DNA of 64,000 nt. Source: Schizochytrium sp. TIO01. Lineage: Eukaryota; Protista; Bigyra: Labyrinthulomycetes. The notes under the pieces were generated by a model that ran no database searches, was not told the DNA's origin, and worked only from the letters and a program-made list of their open reading frames with translations. Positions 58,176-64,000 of this stretch are shown here, piece after piece. Position 1 is the stretch's first letter. Every line of letters begins with the position of its first letter. The stretch covers positions 1,674,001-1,738,000 of the forward strand of contig SMSO01000005.1 in NCBI GenBank assembly GCA_004764695.1, given 5' to 3'. A program made the translations under genes and the position numbers.

Positions 58176-61100
58176 TTTGACTTGGACCTGTCAAAGTTCT
58201 CTCTTTTGCTTGTACTCTGCGTCGCTGAGGAGGTACGCAGCCGAAAGAGAAATCCTCAGTGCCGCGGAAACTCAGCTAAGGCTCTCTTTCAAGGATTGCC
58301 TGCGTCCCGCTCCCCCGCAAAGCTGTTTCTTGTGCAGCTTGGAGTTGGAGGAATGGAATGGAACGAGCTAAGTTGGAAAGGACTGCAACAAGATGAAAAG
58401 AGGTCAATTGAATGAACAGATGTATGGATGACGAAGGTGAGGAGGACAGAGGCAGCGAGGCGCAAGGTCTCGTGACGGCGGTGTCGCTCAGGAGATGGAC
58501 TAGCTGGTCCCAAGCGTCTCCTTGCTTCTTTCCACTTGATTCCTTTTTGCCAGTACGAAGAGGTCGCGGGAGCAGCGCCTCGTGGTGTTGCTGGCTTCGT
58601 GCACGTGTTCGCTGATTTGGGAGCTTCTGATGAAAGGCTGATTTTTATGCGCCTGGAGTCCGGCTAGCAGAAACCGGGGTTCCGTTCAGGACACCAGGAG
58701 GGCCAGAGTGCCACAGATGAGGTCCGCTAGGCGGCACGGAGCCTGAAGGCAGAGGTTCTAGAGGTCGCAGGCGGTCTGTGACAGCCGCAGCCGCAGAAGA
58801 GAAGAAGAACCTGAAAGTTTCAACTTTGTGATCATTTTTTTCTTCTATTTTACTCTCATTTTAAAAATCTTTAAAAATCTAGTAAAACTTGAACTTGAAC
58901 TTTTTTTCATTTCCTCTGTTGCAAAAGTAAAATGACCATTTTGGAAAAATGTTCTCACTAAGCCCTATACGTTAATTAGGGAGCTGCTACGTTGTATTTT
59001 ATTCGTCTTATGGAATTCACTTTATTTGATATCGTATGTTTATAAATGGTTCTGCCTTACAAATCCGAATATCAGTATCACTTTAAGAAATGTGCCCCCG
59101 GTACCTCATCTCAATCCATAAAAAAGAATCAGCAAAACCGCTCACATCCTGAGGTTAGCAGGTATATCAGTAAAGTTTAACATTCTCTGCCAGACTCGAC
59201 TTTGGATTACAAAACCGCCTCATCCTGAGTAACTCGGTTCTTGAAGGTGGAAGTTTGACTTTAGATTCCTATTCTCTTTCCTTCTCTTCGCTAACACTCG
59301 ATAGGCACTTCTTATCCTCTAACCACAAACTAACTTCCCTTTTTCTCCCTTTATTTTAATCAACATGACTCTCTCTATTCCTTTATGTTTTTATATGATT
59401 AAAATAAAAACATAAAAACAATAAAACAACTAACTTATTTAATTTATTTAAAAAAAATTATTAAAAAAAACTTTAAAAAAAAACTCTCAATTAAGATATT
59501 ATTTGTCCTTTTCTTTCTTTTGTTTCTTGTGCACTGCTTCCTTCTTGTGCACAACCTCAAGGGTGTACTTTGCAATTATAACCGAAACCTACAGCGTTAC
59601 AACTTATCTCATAGCCTATACGTTTCTGTGAAACCCACTTTTACGTCCAGAGTACCCCTAGAGACGACCGCTGCTGTGGAGGCGCGGAGAGCTGGACAGA
59701 GTACGCCATCACTGTCAAAGTCATCGCGACGAAGATGTTCTGCTCTGCTCTCCGGAAGGAAGGAAGGAATTGGGGCGGGCGGATACGGGATACTGCCTGG
59801 GTGGCCACGACACCACGGAGATCAGAAGCGATGAAGCTGCTCGCCGGGCCGTCTCCTGCGAAGGTTCAGAGGGTCTGCACCTCCCAAGTCGCCTTCGCCA
59901 TCGGCTTAGCGAACGTTTCACGCAGCTTTTAATAAGAATATGATGTAAGTATTTATTACTTTTTTCTTTTACTTAAAAAAAAAAAAAAATAAAAATAAAA
60001 AAGGCTTTAGCATGAATTCTTAATTAAAGGTCATGCGGCTGTAGATTTGATGGTTTATGGCTGATTTTAAGGCTGACTTGAAGACTCGGAGCTTAAGCAA
60101 ATTCACGGATGCGCGTGGAGTTGTAGGCGCTAAGCGATTGGCTTTCGGATAATTCAGACGCTCGCATTGCCTGGTTGGTTGACGTGTTTGTGTGTTTGGA
60201 GAGAGAGAGAAAAAGCTTCGCAAAAGGCACCTGCACGACGTTTGGTGAAAATGGAAATATTTTGCGGTGTTGCATATCTCATTTTGTCGGACTTTATACA
60301 TACCGAAGTATCCACGGGACTCCACTTGGAGCCGTTCGTTTGCAGGGCGTAAACATCGATTCCTGGTTGGACTCGATGTCTGAAGGTCCATCAAAAACTG
60401 TGCAAGGTCTCGAGTCACTCGCATTTGGATCTTCCCTTACTTTCAAGATATCCATGGTATCCAGACCACCGTCTGAAATCCATTCATAGTTCTCAAAAGC
60501 GCTGCCAGGCAATTGAAGAGGTTTCTGCGATTAGACTTCTTGGAGACCATGGATGTTTCAAAGCAAATGGAATAATCCACTCCATGAGTTCGAACGAGGC
60601 GGCCGATTTTGATTTGGCCTCAGGTTTCTGAATACCTTTGATTCGATACGATGGGTTGCCAGTATCTTAAAGGTGGTACAATGAGAAACAATCTACAATG
60701 TGCTTCTTTACAAGTATGCCGAAGCTCCTGCTCAGAATGCGCAGATCTCGCGATGGGAGAATGCGAATAAGAATCAAAAAGAAGAAGTTCTACAAAATGT
60801 GGCAGTGGTGACGGGCCGATGAACCTGTCTGCAGCAAGACCTCTGCTAGTGCTCTACACCAAGGCGAAGAGCTCGAGTTCGACACTCTGGTGGCGAAATC
60901 TAGATATTAGAACTTGACTACCTTACAGGAGTGAGCATCGTGAAGTATGCTATGGCACTCAATAATCGTGCAAAATCACGCGTTATCAATGGCTGCGATT
61001 GAGCGAGTCTTCGGGTCCAATGCACGTCTTTGCAGCGTCCACGACGTACATTCGCATTCCCATGATTAAGCATTGTGATTGTTTGCATCAGATTGCACTA

Positions 61101-61844
61101 CGAACTACCTGCTTCGACACTAGCACTCACGCTTAGTTACGACAGGCACCTCCATGACGATGATCCGCACTTCGTGATGCAACATAGCTAGCAGCTGCAG
61201 GGCATTATGCCTGCTGCGAAGTGGTTGACCTCAAGTTCCGCACGGTTATTGCTGATCGAGTTTATTGCTTCAACATGCCTAGTAGAAAGGTGCCTCGAGA
61301 ATGGGTCGAAACTTAGTGATGGTTCTATGATACCATTGTTGAGCAAGCAGCTTAAAATCTTAGTGCATTATTATTTTATTTACTTTTAAATATATCTACT
61401 CCTATATGTACATACATATATATTGATTTATTTTTTTCAATGCCGTGAAAAGAATAAAACGTGCACCGCTTTTTATAATTCACATCCTATGATAGTAGTA
61501 TCATGGTAATAATAAAGTAGGAGAAGGACACATTGTCAGGAAGGTATCTGAGGTGCGGTGTTACAATGACGAAGATAACCCTTGTCGCTGTAACCAGAAG
61601 GGTATGGAAGAGTCAGAGTCAATTATGGCAGCTTTTGAGTGTATTGCGATACAAGTGGAAAGCTACAGAGCATTTTGAAGAGATTCCACTGCGATTGACA
61701 TTTATTCCTTTCGTTGATTGTTTCTATTTTAAACTTATCTATATTTAATATATATATATAGAAAAATATATATATAATAAGTTGTTTGCCTTCTTTTTCT
61801 TTTTCTTTTTTCAAATGGGAAAACGCATTCAAGTTTAAAGTTTC

Positions 61845-61922
<78 letters not shown>
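61845..61922. repeat. (GAAA)n microsatellite
   Basis: Directly visible. Confidence 0.95.
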
Positions 61923-61923
<1 letters not shown>

Positions 61924-64000
61924 GAGGGAAAGAGGAAAGAGTGCTTGAAGAGGGATGGGTTATAACCGAAAACGTGCGGATCGAACTCTTTGCTTGCAAA
62001 TCGAGAAGCGCCTTACTACTCCTACCTTCGAAGCCCTCCCCAGTTCTAATTTAGTTCTCCAAGTCCCACTTCGAAACATGTAACCTCCCGGTAGTAATGG
62101 CCCGGCCCAAAGACCCAAAGATCTCATAACATGGGCGTTACGGATCAGATTTGATCTACTCATCGACCATTTATCAAAGTGTCTCTGCGTTTTCGAAAGA
62201 AGAAAGGAAACGCGCGTTTTTATGATAATTTGCAATTCGCAAAGACCTCCTTCTGCCAGATTTGGGACTATTGCGACCTAATTTGTAGCGGCGGGCGGAC
62301 AACCAGCGGGCCACCCGGAGGCAAGGCGATACTCGCGCCATTTATTTGGGGTCACCCGTGGTCGATCCTTGTCTAGTTCTTCAATTGCTCTTCTGGGCCG
62401 AAGAAAGTGGTGCCGTGGTACAAGCACTTCTTGTAAAACAAGAGTCGATACCGTGCAAGAAGTCGTTCGTCAAGATACTGAGGAAGCTCTTGTGTAGAGA
62501 TCCAAGTTCATGCAGGAGTGGGAGATGAACCTGGGCACGATCTCGTCGTTTACAAGTTAATAAGTTAATTCGTTGGCCTGGCTAATCATATAGAACCTGA
62601 AGAAAGAGCACCTTCGGAAATGGGTTTCCGAAAACGCGATGCTGCAAGCAAACATCATATGCCCAGTCGCCAAAGCAATTGATAGAGTTGCATAGACTGC
62701 AGAAATTGAAAGAAGGTACCATGCATGCATGCATGGTAGGTAGGTACGTGTTGTCTCACAGCGAAGCGAGGATTAGGTACTTCTTTCTGAAGCTTTCTGA
62801 AGATCGCGAAATCGAGAATGGAACTGTATTTCACATCGCAGTGGTCTGCCTGCGCTAGCTAGCTATGAGGACTCTCTTGAATCCAGACCTTGTTCTGTAA
62901 AGGTCTTTCTGGCTTGTCTACTTTATGTGTACAAGGTACGTCAGTGGGTCTGTGTTGAATGTATGTGTATGTTATTTTTAATTCGTCGTATAGGGCATAC
63001 TTTACATTTATTGGTTATTTAAAATTATAATTAATTAAGAAAAAAAAGAAGTAAAATTATGGTTAACATTATGGTTGCTCTCTATTGGTATTTATTTTTA
63101 AAGGCGTATTTTAATGGTTGAATTTTGCGCGCCCGTGGCCATTTTGGCAAAGTACAACACATGCAGAATCATCCACAAACTCAATCTTAGCAGCGCACTC
63201 GCAGCGATTTCGCTCTTCCGAAACCTCCCTGCGCGGGTATCTTGGCAGCGAGCGGAAGAGCAAGTCTTCGTGCCACAGAGACTCGTGCCACCTCGGGGTG
63301 AATGATCTGGGTAGAATAGCAGTTGCTTACGCCTTAAATCCTCCGAATGGCACTGACTAAGTTGGCATTCAGGTTCATAACCAGGTACAATTTCTCAGAA
63401 TGCAGAAGCTCTCTGTAAGAACGGCAGGTAGGGCCTTCAAAAGGTCGTGCCTCGGGGTCTCACTCAGTGCCGCCCGCTTGAAGATGGAGATATGATCGAT
63501 TGCACTTGAACCAGATAACAAATAAATGTCCACGCGCCCAAGAGTTTCCGCGGAGCTCGATTGTTGATGGATGTGCCGTGACTCGTGTTTTCTCTCTTTT
63601 AAAAATAAACTAATAAATAAATAATAATAATAACAATGCTTGCAAGCCTCTTTCTACAAACGTGCACTGCGAAGAAACCTGAACAGGAAAGGAGGCCGAA
63701 GAACAAGAAGAACGTGAAGATCATCTGAATAGATCATCTGAATAAAGCTAAACTGGCAGTCCGTAAGAAACCTTGAGTGTATGTAGAATGTACCTCTTAG
63801 ATGGAGAATGATTTTAGGTTATCAATTTCATATGCACAGCACCAGCAGTCAAGACTCCTGCGTTTGGGGATAGCAGCTGATCATACACGCACGCACGCAC
63901 GGGTTTGGGTCGGGGCTGGCTGCGATGAAGGTCAAACTCTACCGCTGCGGTTGCAGATTAAACCTTCTGGCTGGATCGGCGATCGTGATAAAGTCTACAG

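Noticed and set aside
58195-58250. Hammerhead-like core CTGAGGA-GGT-acgca-GCC-GAAA with a possible stem III (ttctc/gagaa) and CUC triplet
   Set aside because: Stem I cannot form in either the type I or type III topology because of mismatches next to the core.
60000-64000. Short ORFs in the last 4 kb
   Set aside because: None exceeds 134 aa or shows a recognisable motif. 60000-61300 may be decayed coding sequence, but I cannot support a call.

Overview
Eukaryotic nuclear DNA. The intron-poor genes, AAAATG/GCCATG start contexts, GT-AG introns with RCTRAY branch points and dense microsatellites suggest a thraustochytrid-like stramenopile, but this is inference. I find about ten protein-coding loci: an ALDH1/2-type aldehyde dehydrogenase (-); a PH-less PI-phospholipase C with an N-terminal acylation motif (+); a DAG-lipase-like class-3 lipase (-); an ALG6-like GT-C membrane protein (+); a small coiled-coil protein ending in SKM (-); a 1508-aa protein with a C-terminal acid-lipase-type hydrolase (+); a NACHT/STAND plus coiled-coil locus split over three ORFs by two +1 frame changes (-); an ODC-like mitochondrial carrier (-); two-exon exosome subunit RRP42/EXOSC7 (+); and a NIPA-family transporter (-). 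About 16 kb between ALDH and PLC holds no intact gene, only satellites and decayed coding or intron remnants. I could support no rRNA, tRNA, CRISPR array or intact transposon. The best leads are: (1) the ALG6 homolog has replaced essentially every catalytic motif but keeps an intact ORF and a KKxx ER signal, so it is a candidate pseudo-glycosyltransferase; (2) PLC and the DAG-lipase-like gene, consecutive steps of one pathway, are tail-to-tail neighbours; (3) a probable NACHT plus ODA-docking-complex-like fusion with unresolved junctions. All family assignments come from motifs recognised by eye, not from database searches.
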